From a virus: a DNA stretch of 33,266 nucleotides. Numbering within the stretch: position 1 is the first letter of the stretch; every line of letters begins with the position of its first letter. Positions 7,611 to 17,311 of the stretch are shown in pieces. Location of the stretch: IMG/VR virus record IMGVR_UViG_3300009481_000051, positions 1-33,266 of that record. One strand, given 5' to 3'. The position numbers and the translations under genes were made by a program. The notes beneath the pieces are model-generated. The model did no database searches. It saw only the letters and a program-made list of their open reading frames with translations, and was not told the DNA's origin.

Positions 7611-10126
7611 TCCTTCTCCAATTCAATCATATCAAACGTGACAACCCCACCGCCCTCAATCGAAAACGCATCGCCCCACCTGTCGATTGGCAAATAGGTC
7701 GTGCCACCAAGCGGCTTCATCTGGTCGATACTTCGCCGCAGCGCGGCAGGCGAAAAAGTGTGTTCCTTGGCGCTCACCACCGTACCGTGGCGGGACATCC
7801 ATCTTTCCAGATTAGAAACATCCAGCGCCGCCTTGAACCGCTTGCGATCCCAGCCCGGCGGCGCAATTGTATCAAAGCCCATTGTTGAGATTACCCCGCC
7901 TGTACCGTCCTGTTGACGGCCAAGGGCAATCTGATAACCAGCCTCCAAGTCAAAGGGGGACACAGCGGTTTCACCCCGCGCCAAGGCAAGGCCGCGCCCG
8001 TACAACTTGGCTGTTTCGTCCACGTTTTTCAGCGCCGTGCCTGTCAGATAATTCTGCACCTGTATTTCGGACATCACCCCGCTGCGGCCAGCGAGCATAT
8101 CAATGGTTGAAGTCCCTTCAAGCGCCACATCTGCGCTGCCGCGCAAGATCGTTTCTGCCGCTGTCTGGTTCCCGCCAGCATAGACAGACCCAGAGATAAA
8201 CAGAGCAGGCGAGCTTTGGCCCATAGCCTCGAATATCGCATTTGCCTGATCGACACCAAGGCCAGCGGTGACGCCCAAAAACGCGACCTGTGCCGCAACG
8301 CTCGCATCCTCAAAGGCTGCCGTAATGGCAGAGATTTCATGCGCTTCCAGCGGCACAGGGTTTTCAAATCCTTCCCGTGCGACCGGCTCGGCAAGAGCGG
8401 CAACGCGCGAAACAATAACGGCCCCAACATCCGCAAGCGTTTCGGCACCCTCAAAACTGTCAAGCGCGATCCCGCGCGAACTGGCAAATTCCACTGGTTT
8501 GGTTCGGGCCAGTTCTGTCTGGTGCTCACTGAACCCGGCAAGTCGCTCTAACAGCGCCGCCTGTCGGGCGTGTATGCGGGTAAATTCGCCACCCTTGGCC
8601 GCGATGTTGGCGAGACGTTCTGACGCGCCCTCAATGACCTCATGTCTCTGTTGTGCGGTAAAACCTTGCTCCGCCATCATTTCAACTTGTTTGTGAAATG
8701 CTTGTGTGTCCCGGATTTCCGCAATCAAATCCGCATTGCCCTGCGCATCATCAATCAATTGTTCGTAATTCACCTGATCTGACGAAGTGCCGTCCCGGAT
8801 AGACTGATCCACCAGCGGCAGGCCAATAGTCTCGGCATCCACCCCATCCAACAACTTTTCGTATATCGGCATCAAGCGGGCCAGCACCTTGCCCTCGGCC
8901 TCAATATCAACCCCGCCCAAATCAACAATCGCACGCGCATCCGCGCCAACCTGATCCATGTAAAGACGCAAGTTTTCGGCATCCATCCCGTGCGTGGCCA
9001 CATAGCTGTCAGCGATATAGAGTTGCGTTTCCAGTTTTTCCAGCAACGCCGCATCACCGCTGGCATCCGCACGCATCTGGGCGCGAACAGCCTCCGGCAC
9101 AGCAATAGGCTGGCCACCCTCGTCGGACATGGTGATAAATGCGTTGATCGTGTCCGTAAACCCGGTCTCAACCTGACCGCGGACGGCCTCTGCCGCCGCC
9201 CGTTTTCTGGTTTCGGCGGTATATGCGCGGGTGCGCATTGTCTTTAGAAGTTCAAGGCTTTCCTTTGCGCCAAGCGGCGAATTGCCAGAATAAACCAGCC
9301 CCGCAAATTCCTCCACGAAGGCGGACGGGTTTTCGGTCTGACCAAACTGCGCCTCAATCATCAACCGAGAACCAGCTTGCGCCGTCTCGGCCAAGCTCTT
9401 TTCAATGCCCTTGGCTGTCAGTGTTGCCATGCGTGTCGGGTCGGCTTTGAATTGAACGCCGCCGACCTCAAATTCACCACGCGGCCCAAACCGCGAAAGT
9501 TGATCCAACGACAGGTTCATGGCGTCATCAAGTTGCTGGGCGGTCGCGCCTGAAATAGCCAGCGTTTCAATCGTGGTTCGCCCAACCGCCAAAGCCTCGT
9601 CAGTTGCCGCCCGGTGCTGGGCGCGGACCCGTGCTGCCGCCACTGCCGCCGTCCGCCGTGTCGCAACATCGGCACCCCGGCGGAAAGCCTCGTCAAAATC
9701 TATCGCCAATCCCGGCAATTGCGTTTTAACTATCTCCGCCTGCATTTCGCCTTTGATTTTTTCCAGTTGGGCTGTAAGCGCACCGACATCGCCATTCGCT
9801 GACAGCATCGCCGCCGTCAGGCGTTTATCCAAATCCTCCATTGTGCGCGTTGTGATGATTTTGTCAGCGGCACCCATGAAGGCTGCGGATTTTACCGTGA
9901 AGGCGTGGCGCGGCTCAAACGTGTTGTTGTTGATCTGCGCAAGCGCTTCTTCTTCACCAAGCCGCTGTTGTTCGTCTACAACGGCGGGCCGAATAAAGTC
10001 ACGCGCCTTTTGGAAGCCCGCCGAAATTGCGTCCATTGTGCGCTCTGGGCCACGACCTAATTCCGGGCGTGGAGCCGGGCGGGTTCCCTCGGGCAGAAAC
10101 GGCCCATATCTGCGAACCTCTGCCAT
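7607..10126 (-). CDS. Internal virion protein (839 aa, Ala/Glu-rich, helical), in the T7 gp15 position
   Basis: Long ORF on the operon strand, placed after the small TM protein and before the 1121-aa protein. Its stop overlaps the next ATG (ATGA). Confidence 0.55.
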   Translation of the reverse strand: MAEVRRYGPFLPEGTRPAPRPELGRGPERTMDAISAGFQKARDFIRPAVVDEQQRLGEEEALAQINNNTFEPRHAFTVKSAAFMGAADKIITTRTMEDLDKRLTAAMLSANGDVGALTAQLEKIKGEMQAEIVKTQLPGLAIDFDEAFRRGADVATRRTAAVAAARVRAQHRAATDEALAVGRTTIETLAISGATAQQLDDAMNLSLDQLSRFGPRGEFEVGGVQFKADPTRMATLTAKGIEKSLAETAQAGSRLMIEAQFGQTENPSAFVEEFAGLVYSGNSPLGAKESLELLKTMRTRAYTAETRKRAAAEAVRGQVETGFTDTINAFITMSDEGGQPIAVPEAVRAQMRADASGDAALLEKLETQLYIADSYVATHGMDAENLRLYMDQVGADARAIVDLGGVDIEAEGKVLARLMPIYEKLLDGVDAETIGLPLVDQSIRDGTSSDQVNYEQLIDDAQGNADLIAEIRDTQAFHKQVEMMAEQGFTAQQRHEVIEGASERLANIAAKGGEFTRIHARQAALLERLAGFSEHQTELARTKPVEFASSRGIALDSFEGAETLADVGAVIVSRVAALAEPVAREGFENPVPLEAHEISAITAAFEDASVAAQVAFLGVTAGLGVDQANAIFEAMGQSSPALFISGSVYAGGNQTAAETILRGSADVALEGTSTIDMLAGRSGVMSEIQVQNYLTGTALKNVDETAKLYGRGLALARGETAVSPFDLEAGYQIALGRQQDGTGGVISTMGFDTIAPPGWDRKRFKAALDVSNLERWMSRHGTVVSAKEHTFSPAALRRSIDQMKPLGGTTYLPIDRWGDAFSIEGGGVVTFDMIELEKE

Positions 10127-10130
10127 TAGA

Positions 10131-10622
10131 TCACCCCGTCAGCCTAAATTCATCAACCAGTATGCCGCCAGCGTTAAGCAGTCCGCCCGTGAACGCCGCC
10201 CGGCTTTCCGACATCAAGCCGCGACTTCGCAGCCGGGCCATACGGGCGCGGCGTTGCGTATTTTTCCTTGATATACCAATGCGCCTTGTCGCCTCGCGCC
10301 GTGTCGCCTCACCTATATTTACTGGTGTACCAACTCCAACATCAAGACCATTGGCCAATTGAACAACCGTCTGATCCGCGCGTAAAGTCTCAAATTCTCG
10401 CGCCAAATCACGCGCCCGTTCGGCACCCGCAAGTTCCTCGTCCTGCGCCTCTATTTCCGCAAACTTGGCTTCCTGTTTTAGCCGCGATCTTTCTGCCGCG
10501 CCCTTGCCTATAGCAGCGAATGCAGAGCCAATTGAAAGCACCGTTGAAACTGTTGAAAGCGCACTCACAGCGCCCGCTGCCGGGGCGATTGCTGCGCCTA
10601 TAGCCATGAACATTGTTGCCAT
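10131..10622 (-). CDS. Small internal virion/membrane protein (163 aa), in the T7 gp13/gp14 position
   Basis: Hydrophobic N-terminus MATMFMAIGAAIAPAAGAVSALSTVSTVLSIGSAFAAIG followed by a charged helical region. It immediately follows the nozzle gene. Confidence 0.5.
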   Translation of the reverse strand: MATMFMAIGAAIAPAAGAVSALSTVSTVLSIGSAFAAIGKGAAERSRLKQEAKFAEIEAQDEELAGAERARDLAREFETLRADQTVVQLANGLDVGVGTPVNIGEATRREATRRIGISRKNTQRRARMARLRSRGLMSESRAAFTGGLLNAGGILVDEFRLTG

Positions 10623-10623
10623 T

Positions 10624-13503
10624 TTAAAACCTCACATCATACGTTAGAGACCGCAAGTGCCACGCCGCAGGTTCTGTTTGCGATAATTCTAAGTGCGGCT
10701 CAACCTCCCATGCGCCAATGCCCTTTTCCCTGAACGCCTCTGTCACCAGAGTGTCTGCAAGAACGGCCTCAACCCGCCGCTCACTTTCTCTGACATTGAT
10801 CGTGTTCCCCGCGCGATCCGTAATATTTGCACCAGCCCGGTCCTTCACAATAAGCGACACGGCGACAACAGATTTTTCGTAAGTCATAGGCAGTTCGTGG
10901 CTGGCCCGACCTTCAAATCCAATTGTTGCCGTCAGGGTCTTGCGCCAATCCATCAGAACCGAGTGGATACGTTGGCGCTTCATTGTCGGGCTGACCTGTC
11001 CCGCCGCTTTATAGGTGTGAAGGCGAATTGTCGGCAATTGCGCAAAGCCAATTTCCGCCTCGAAATCAAACCGCCCACTCGACATAACAATTTCATCATC
11101 AGCCACATCGTAGGTTCCAAGAGGCAAGCCATCGCCAGACACAAACACCGTGTCCTGATCCAAGTGCGCCCCATCCGTCAGCGTCGGAATTGTATCAGCC
11201 CGCAGATTAACGCGGATCAACTCGCCCTCGGTCAGGGATAAGACAGTCAAGGTGATTGTTTGGGCTGACAGGTCAACCGTGTAATCGGCTGACGCTACCC
11301 GCGCCCAATCAACAGTCGCATCTGTCCTGTACCAAACGGCAACATCCGAAGTGGAAACCGGGCTGGTGAACGTGTAGGTAAACACGGTCTGCGCTTCCGA
11401 GGCCACAAAGTCGTCTATATCTGGGTTGGCGATTTTGACGCTGCAATCCGTCAAATAGTTCTCGTCAAGTTGCTCAAGATAAAAGCGTGCCACCGCCGTT
11501 GATGGATCCCCGACAACGCGCTCCACCACCGCGAAAGCCTCTCCGGCCTGCGATGTAATAAACGCTTTTGGTGTGGCTGCCGCAGTGCGCCCGCCCTCGA
11601 CTTTAATTCTGGTAAAGCCTGAAATCTGCAAGGCGCGGTCGATTGTTACCTGCGTGGCCAAGACGGTCTCGCCATCTTCATCGGTGCCGGTGTTGGCAAT
11701 CAACAAAAGGTCCGGCTGGTTGTCACCCGTTTTGCGTTTGAAGGCCATAGACCGTGGCGCTGCTATCCTGTGGCCGGACAGGAATGAAATTGATTGCGCT
11801 GTATAGCTCTGCTCCGCGTCCGAAAATAAAAACTCTCGCAGGCTTTGGCCGTCCCGCCCAACGAACAACGTGGCACCCTGTACATCAACGGGCCGTGTTT
11901 CCTCTTGTGACCCAACCCGCGTGGCAATCGGCAGGGCAATGTTGGCTGGCGTAATCGGTTCGTCCGGCACATATAATTCAAGGGCTGACGTGAATATTTG
12001 CAAATTACGGCCAGCGTGAATGTTGAGAATGGTCACTTGTTCGTCAGTGTCAGCGCGGGCGATAATGGGGCTGGTTGAAACCGGGTCCGCGTCCAACTTG
12101 AAATCAAACAGCGCACCCGCACGGGAGCCAATAAGCAAATCCGGCACGCCCTTAAATCCGCCCATCCAGTGACGGCCTCCATAGAACGTGCCGCAGCGCG
12201 GATACCCGCGTGCTGCCGACCAGAGCGCGGCGAAATGTTTAAGCCCGGCCTGTTTGCGGCTCACAACCGCCGTGCCGGTGCCAATACCAAGTGACACAAC
12301 CAGCAAGGCCCACGGCTGCACCCCGTCATCGCCAACAAACTCGATAAAGTAATTATCGCTACTGCCGTCCTGCGTCACGGTCACGTCTGTTATTCCGGTT
12401 AAGCCCTCAATCGCGGCTGTAAAGGCGGTTATGTTGGTGGCAGGCGTAGCGCTCCAAGCGGATAACGCGCTGATTTCTCCATTAAATTCGAAGTAAACCG
12501 TGTCCGAAACCGACATCCCCGTGAAGGTCGCGTATTGCTTTTCATTCACCCCTCCCGTGGTTGCGTCGTCAAAGCTGAAATCGGCGGTGGTGGTAAAGGT
12601 CACGTCATCCGAACGCCATTCTGCGGCACCACTCAGGTTTTGGATGATTTGTGGTGCCACGTCCTCATGGTAAAGAATTGCCGTTGACAGGCGTGCATTG
12701 ACTGAAATATCGCGCAATTGCGCGGACGTGTACGGCATAAATAACGACGCAACCCACGCGCCAGCCGAAAGCTCATAAACGTCCGCGCTGTTGCCGGTAA
12801 TAAGAACGCCATACTCGTTGTTAATATCAGCCGAAATACGCAGCTCCGCAAATTCATCTTCTTTGGTGGCTGTGTCCTCTGTCCAAAAGTCTATCTCTGA
12901 TATGGAAAGCTCCGCCGTGGTCATGTCCGTTGTGCCTGCCCTCACAATCCGCCAGTAGCGATCCGTTCCCATGTTGGACGCCGGAGCAACGGCAAATCGC
13001 CGATTATAAGCGACGTTGCCGACCTCTAGCGTGTCCCGTATTGTCCATGCGGCATTATCGGATGATGACTGCAACTCTACGTCCTCGTTATCCAGTGACG
13101 CAGGCAGGCTGGTGAAAAACAAGTCTTTGGCATCAACAGCCGCGACCGCGTTGGCAAGGGTGGTTCCAAAATCAATATGCAGCAAGACATAATCATCCTC
13201 GGTTCCAATTGCGCCAGTTGTCAAAACAACCGTTGACCTGTCGTTGTCTGTGGCGTTCCCCGCCGTGCCGCCGTTGGGCGCTGTTATCGTTGCTCCGCCG
13301 GTACTGATTGCCGACATGACACCGCGCAATCGCGCCCTGTACCGCCAGCCATCCCGACGCCTTGCGCCCGCTTCCGGCAGGACAACGACATTCTCCAACA
13401 GACGGGCGGAACTGTAAAAAAACGTAATATCCTCGCGGCTAAAGAGATTAGGCGCAAACTCACCGCTGGTATAGTTGGTTTGAACGTGGCGACCGTCTGG
13501 CAT
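10624..13503 (-). CDS. Tail tubular protein B/nozzle (T7 gp12-like, 959 aa) with an N-terminal discoidin-like insertion
   Basis: Its position after the gp11-like adaptor supports the call. The motif GYPRCGTFYGGRHWMGGFKGVPDLLIGSRAGALFDF resembles nozzle beta-propeller blades (from memory). The insertion carries DRYWRIVRAG...AELSISEIDFW. Confidence 0.6.
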   Translation of the reverse strand: MPDGRHVQTNYTSGEFAPNLFSREDITFFYSSARLLENVVVLPEAGARRRDGWRYRARLRGVMSAISTGGATITAPNGGTAGNATDNDRSTVVLTTGAIGTEDDYVLLHIDFGTTLANAVAAVDAKDLFFTSLPASLDNEDVELQSSSDNAAWTIRDTLEVGNVAYNRRFAVAPASNMGTDRYWRIVRAGTTDMTTAELSISEIDFWTEDTATKEDEFAELRISADINNEYGVLITGNSADVYELSAGAWVASLFMPYTSAQLRDISVNARLSTAILYHEDVAPQIIQNLSGAAEWRSDDVTFTTTADFSFDDATTGGVNEKQYATFTGMSVSDTVYFEFNGEISALSAWSATPATNITAFTAAIEGLTGITDVTVTQDGSSDNYFIEFVGDDGVQPWALLVVSLGIGTGTAVVSRKQAGLKHFAALWSAARGYPRCGTFYGGRHWMGGFKGVPDLLIGSRAGALFDFKLDADPVSTSPIIARADTDEQVTILNIHAGRNLQIFTSALELYVPDEPITPANIALPIATRVGSQEETRPVDVQGATLFVGRDGQSLREFLFSDAEQSYTAQSISFLSGHRIAAPRSMAFKRKTGDNQPDLLLIANTGTDEDGETVLATQVTIDRALQISGFTRIKVEGGRTAAATPKAFITSQAGEAFAVVERVVGDPSTAVARFYLEQLDENYLTDCSVKIANPDIDDFVASEAQTVFTYTFTSPVSTSDVAVWYRTDATVDWARVASADYTVDLSAQTITLTVLSLTEGELIRVNLRADTIPTLTDGAHLDQDTVFVSGDGLPLGTYDVADDEIVMSSGRFDFEAEIGFAQLPTIRLHTYKAAGQVSPTMKRQRIHSVLMDWRKTLTATIGFEGRASHELPMTYEKSVVAVSLIVKDRAGANITDRAGNTINVRESERRVEAVLADTLVTEAFREKGIGAWEVEPHLELSQTEPAAWHLRSLTYDVRF

Positions 13504-13505
13504 TA

Positions 13506-14141
13506 TCAGCCCCCGCCAAAGCGGGCCTCGGCTGCGGGATCGTGTCCGTCAACCAAAGCCTCTGTTGGCGATCCAAGAAGATCGGCTTGCACTGCCGATT
13601 TGAAATATCCGCCGCGCTCGCTCTCGCTCGGCGAGCCGCCTGCAAGCCTGTTGTGGTGTTCTTCTTTTGACCTGTTTTCTGTGATTGGCAGCGCCAGCGT
13701 TGCGGCCAGTTTTTCCACCGCCAGCTTGACAAAGAAGCCCGGCCACAGGCTTTCTGTTTTGCGGGCGGTGTACTCAATTACGCAAACCGTGTCGTTTGTA
13801 AGAATGTGACGCGCCTGAATTTCATAATTTGTATGTGGCCGTGATCCAACAGCCGTGGAGCGATAAACCTTGATTGGTTGACCAACCATTTCAGTCTGCG
13901 CTGTCGGCATTATGAAGCCGTTTGTCCATTCGGTCACTGGTGTAAATGCGCCGTCCACCGTCAGCGCCACCCGTTTACGCGCCCAGCGCCACTTGTGCAT
14001 CGCCAAGAGCGACAGGATTGTATCCTCATAAAGATTGTTGACTTTGCCGGACGTGTTTTCACCAGCCGCGATTGACGTAATATCAGGTTCACCAAGGCGG
14101 GCCAGTGCTGCGTTTGCTACTGCCAACTGATTTGCGGCCAT
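13506..14141 (-). CDS. Head-tail adaptor/tail tubular protein A (T7 gp11-like, 211 aa)
   Basis: AAGGGGA lies 8 nt upstream of the ATG. The N-terminus ANQLAVANAALARLGEPDITSI...LYEDTILSLLAMHKWRWA matches the pattern I recall for gp11-type adaptors. It is located directly upstream of the nozzle gene. Confidence 0.6.
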   Translation of the reverse strand: MAANQLAVANAALARLGEPDITSIAAGENTSGKVNNLYEDTILSLLAMHKWRWARKRVALTVDGAFTPVTEWTNGFIMPTAQTEMVGQPIKVYRSTAVGSRPHTNYEIQARHILTNDTVCVIEYTARKTESLWPGFFVKLAVEKLAATLALPITENRSKEEHHNRLAGGSPSESERGGYFKSAVQADLLGSPTEALVDGHDPAAEARFGGG

Positions 14142-14160
14142 CGGTGCATCCCCTTTGCTT

Positions 14161-14194
14161 TAAGAAAACGGGCCGGAGTTTCAACCCCGGCCCG
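14161..14194 (-). terminator. Rho-independent terminator downstream of the capsid/decoration genes
   Basis: The minus strand reads CGGGCCGG-GGTTGAAACT-CCGGCCCG followed by TTTTCTTA. That is an 8-bp GC stem with a 10-nt loop, lying in the 99-nt gap between genes. Confidence 0.7.
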
Positions 14195-14240
14195 CCCCAC
14201 AGACAACCCCCAAGCGGAAAGAATGAAGGCCGGTCTAACC

Positions 14241-14741
14241 TTATTGGGCAAGAACCCGAACGCGCAAGGTTGCTGACGCAAGGTCCAGCGTGCCGCCGCT
14301 TTCGTTGTTCATAACGACCTCAACCGTGTCAGCCGCGGAAACGTGGCAGGACATAATCATGCCCTGCAAATCCACGCTCAGAGAACACATGGCGAAGTCG
14401 CCCAGCACGGCCCCGGTGACAGTAACGGCCTCGATCGCCGTTGCCCCGTCTACCAAACTGCCCCAATCTTTTGTTTCAGAGCCTTCATAAGACCCCTTTT
14501 CTGAAACGCGGGCAATGGTGACAACATTGGTCGCCGATATTGCAGACACGTAACAGTTAAAGTTGCTCGCCGACGCGCTGACAAAGATCACATCGCCCAC
14601 GGTCAACAGGCCAGCAACGCCATCGAAATAGCTTGCCGCCTCAACCGTGGCCTGCGTGTCGCTGCCAGCATCATAAGCGAAGATTTTGTGACCGGCACCA
14701 GAGCCTGCCAAGTTTTCAAAGTTCCGTTGTGTAAACGCCAT
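14241..14741 (-). CDS. Putative capsid decoration/cement protein (166 aa)
   Basis: It starts 2 nt after the capsid gene stop and is followed by the terminator. The function is inferred from position only. Confidence 0.45.
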   Translation of the reverse strand: MAFTQRNFENLAGSGAGHKIFAYDAGSDTQATVEAASYFDGVAGLLTVGDVIFVSASASNFNCYVSAISATNVVTIARVSEKGSYEGSETKDWGSLVDGATAIEAVTVTGAVLGDFAMCSLSVDLQGMIMSCHVSAADTVEVVMNNESGGTLDLASATLRVRVLAQ

Positions 14742-14743
14742 GA

Positions 14744-15583
14744 TTAAGCCTCGTGCGTTAAAAGTTCAACGATACCAAGCGCGTCAATGTCAATGACGCC
14801 CGCCTTGAGAATGCCGTTGGCAAGCCATGCGGTTTTTTGTGGTATCCAATCCACCGAGGTTTTGAACCCCAGCGCTTCGGCCAGACCCATAGACGATTTG
14901 GCGTATGCGAAATTCATCCGGGAATTTGATGTCAGATCAAGTCCGCCCTCAGAGCGGGTGGCGATCCACTTGAAATCAAAACCCATGTATGAATTGATTT
15001 GGCCATTCACCAACGCTCGCACGCTCGCGTAATCGGCGCTGGTGGCCTCGCTGTCGCCAAGCAACCCCTCTTTTGAGTGGTGCGAACCGGCGTAACACCA
15101 CGGCTCGTCGTCGCCGACGCCTTGGTCACCCAGCAGCCGTGAGGCTTGGCGCAGTTTGGTAAGGTTCAGCGACGTGTCGGTCCCGCCGACGCTTTTGGCA
15201 ACTGTCAGCGTGGTGCTGGCAGCCTCCAAGCCGTCGATGATAAGCTGATCTTCCCGTCGCGTAATCGCGCCCGCGATTGCCTTGGCCAAAGCGGCCCGCT
15301 CAGAAACATTGGTTGCGGCATCATCAAAGATGTCGGTGTATTCAGCCGCGTTCCAATCTTCCAGCGTTGCCGTTTGATTGGTGTGGGCCAAGTTCATTGG
15401 CACAACATCCGTTTGGGGGACGCGAACCGTGGCCAAACCCGCACCCAGCTTTGGAAAGCGGTAGGTTGAGGATTTGGTGTGGCGCAAGACAACGGTATCC
15501 CGAAGTTTACCCATGTCTTGGTAGGCGTGCTTGATTTCACTGGCAAAGCCAGCGATTGCAGCCGCTGATAATGTCGTTGACAT
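14744..15583 (-). CDS. Major capsid protein (279 aa)
   Basis: GGAG lies 7 nt upstream of the ATG, after a 114-nt gap. The gene sits in the order scaffold, capsid, terminator. The N-terminal pattern AAIAGFASEIKHAYQDMGKLRDTV resembles capsid proteins I recall. Confidence 0.7.
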   Translation of the reverse strand: MSTTLSAAAIAGFASEIKHAYQDMGKLRDTVVLRHTKSSTYRFPKLGAGLATVRVPQTDVVPMNLAHTNQTATLEDWNAAEYTDIFDDAATNVSERAALAKAIAGAITRREDQLIIDGLEAASTTLTVAKSVGGTDTSLNLTKLRQASRLLGDQGVGDDEPWCYAGSHHSKEGLLGDSEATSADYASVRALVNGQINSYMGFDFKWIATRSEGGLDLTSNSRMNFAYAKSSMGLAEALGFKTSVDWIPQKTAWLANGILKAGVIDIDALGIVELLTHEA

Positions 15584-15697
15584 TTTTTAACTCCATAAGG
15601 TTTTCAAGGTTTTAAAACCGAGTGCCTTTGGAATTAGGGCCTGTGACCGGGTGCCGTCATCGTGCAGGGTCTGCGTTTTGACGGGACTATAAGCAGA

Positions 15698-15937
15698 TTA
15701 TTTGCGGTCTGTCAAAGGGGCAGGTTTATACCACCCTGCGATCAGGCCCTTTCGAATATATTTGGCAAGATGTTTGATCTGTGTCGCCATAACCCGGTTG
15801 TGCTGGCTCCGGCTGCGTTCCAGCGCCAGTACATCATGCGCGTAATGCCGCACAGTGTCGTTTACATCCGCGACTGTTGGGCAACGGCATAATGCCGTCT
15901 TAATCTCCGCAACAATCCAATCATCCGGCTCGGTCAA
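15698..15937 (-). CDS. Hypothetical protein (79 aa) with a TTG start
   Basis: This is the only ORF filling the scaffold-capsid gap. Its TTG start overlaps the scaffold TGA (TTGA). No clear RBS is present. Confidence 0.4.
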   Translation of the reverse strand: MTEPDDWIVAEIKTALCRCPTVADVNDTVRHYAHDVLALERSRSQHNRVMATQIKHLAKYIRKGLIAGWYKPAPLTDRK

Positions 15938-16896
15938 AGCGCCGTGATAACTGAATTGGCAGGGGCTGTGCCGTAGGCGGTTTCAAACATCTTTTCAGCC
16001 TTTTTAATGGCGTTGTCCCGCTCCGCCCCCGGCTTCATGCTCAGAGCCGCAGCGTGCGCTGCCTCGGCATCCCCCGGCGTCACGCCAGCATCCGCGTTGT
16101 TGGTAAGTGGGATTGGCATTTCGCCAACATACGGTGCCATCATTCGCTGAAATAGCGCCGTGGATTGGGCTGTCCCAACCATTTCGTTAAACTCGTCCCG
16201 ATCATCCTCTGTTGCGGTCCCGTTCTCAATGCTTTTGTCAAATATACCACGATTGAAATCAACCATCGCCTGCGCGGTTTTTTCGCCGCCAGTCATTTCG
16301 GCAAGATCAGCAAATTCGGCGTTGGCGGAAATCTCGGATTGTTTTTCCGGCGATATACCGATTGGTATCCCCGCCTCGGCTGCAAGCTCTGTTCCCTTAC
16401 GGATGAACGTCGAGAATTGCTTTTCGCCCATGCCAACCTCAAGCGCCGCCGTTTTGAAAGCGTCCATTATCGGCTGGCTTTCTTTGCTGTTTAACTCGGC
16501 AGCGATGGTGTCATCATCGCCTTTGGCCTCGATCTTGTAACCGTCGATATTGTCCGGCACCTTGCCGTCGCTGTCCGTCTTGCGGTTCGCAATCTGGTCG
16601 CGTGCGCCTTTGTAGGCTTTGGACAGACTATCGAGTGTATCCTTGTCGGTTTTGCCATACAAATGATCTGGCAATCCGTCCGGGCGGTATGGCCCGCCGT
16701 CGCCGTCGTTGTCGTCGCTGTTATCGCCTTTGTCGCCGTCGTTGTCGTCGCCGTCTTGCTTGTCGGTGGCCTTGTCCATAATGCTTTCGCCGCCGTCATC
16801 ATTACCCTTGTCGCCGTCGCCGTCGCCGTCGCCATCCTCTCCGGCTGGGGAAAAAACGGGCTGTTGAAGGCCCAGCATAAATTGTTCGAAAGTCAT
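15934..16896 (-). CDS. Scaffolding protein (320 aa) with an Asp/Gly-rich low-complexity N-terminus
   Basis: GGAG RBS. The gene lies between portal and capsid. The N-terminal tract is GEDGDGDGDGDKGNDDGG...DGDDNDGDKGDNSDDNDGDGG, and the rest is Ala/Glu-rich and helical. Confidence 0.6.
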   Translation of the reverse strand: MTFEQFMLGLQQPVFSPAGEDGDGDGDGDKGNDDGGESIMDKATDKQDGDDNDGDKGDNSDDNDGDGGPYRPDGLPDHLYGKTDKDTLDSLSKAYKGARDQIANRKTDSDGKVPDNIDGYKIEAKGDDDTIAAELNSKESQPIMDAFKTAALEVGMGEKQFSTFIRKGTELAAEAGIPIGISPEKQSEISANAEFADLAEMTGGEKTAQAMVDFNRGIFDKSIENGTATEDDRDEFNEMVGTAQSTALFQRMMAPYVGEMPIPLTNNADAGVTPGDAEAAHAAALSMKPGAERDNAIKKAEKMFETAYGTAPANSVITAL

Positions 16897-16932
16897 TTCA
16901 TCATTCTCCGCTTGGGGGTTTTGTCCCTGTTG

Positions 16933-17307
16933 TTAATTTTGCTGTTTGACCGGCGCTGGTGGCGCTGGTGGGTATAGAACCCGGTTTACCGCGTTGTGAA
17001 AGTCCAGCGAAATCTGTTCCATTTCTTTAATCGCAGGCCAGTCAGCAACACGGTTGCCGGTTTCGTCGTCCTGATACATGAAGCGATCAAGCTCTTTCAG
17101 ACATTCTTTGGTCACGTCCCGCATCCGGTTCGCGGCCTTGGTTATTCTGCGCTGATGTCCGCGACGTTTTACGCTGCGTGCTGTACTGTCGGAGCGGTCG
17201 ATCAAGGCTTTTTTTCCTTGCTCTGCCACTGCCTCCGCCGCTTCATCGTCAGTCAGTAATTTCCGCGTCGGCGAGCCGTCATTTGCCTTTGCCTTTGCCT
17301 TTGCCAT
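16933..17307 (-). CDS. Hypothetical protein (124 aa)
   Basis: I chose the internal ATG (MAKAKAKANDG...), which has AAGGAAGG upstream and lies 4 nt after the upstream stop. The longer track ORF would overlap the upstream gene by about 100 nt. Confidence 0.55.
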   Translation of the reverse strand: MAKAKAKANDGSPTRKLLTDDEAAEAVAEQGKKALIDRSDSTARSVKRRGHQRRITKAANRMRDVTKECLKELDRFMYQDDETGNRVADWPAIKEMEQISLDFHNAVNRVLYPPAPPAPVKQQN

Positions 17308-17311
17308 TGTC

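Noticed and set aside
9519-10271. Long plus-strand ORFs inside the structural region (9519-10271, 5752-6474, 17906-18586, 3127-3732, 5550-6164)
   Set aside because: They lie antisense to much longer minus-strand genes that have recognisable motifs and coupled starts. Their translations are Ala/Arg/Ser/Pro-rich with no motifs, as expected for shadow ORFs in GC-rich DNA.
14142-15697. tRNA or small RNA genes in the larger intergenic gaps (14142-14240, 15584-15697, 22194-22313, 27110-27227)
   Set aside because: I could not fold a cloverleaf-compatible arm arrangement by eye. The gaps are better explained by the terminator, the RBS/leader sequences and the promoter region. A tRNAscan-type search would settle this.
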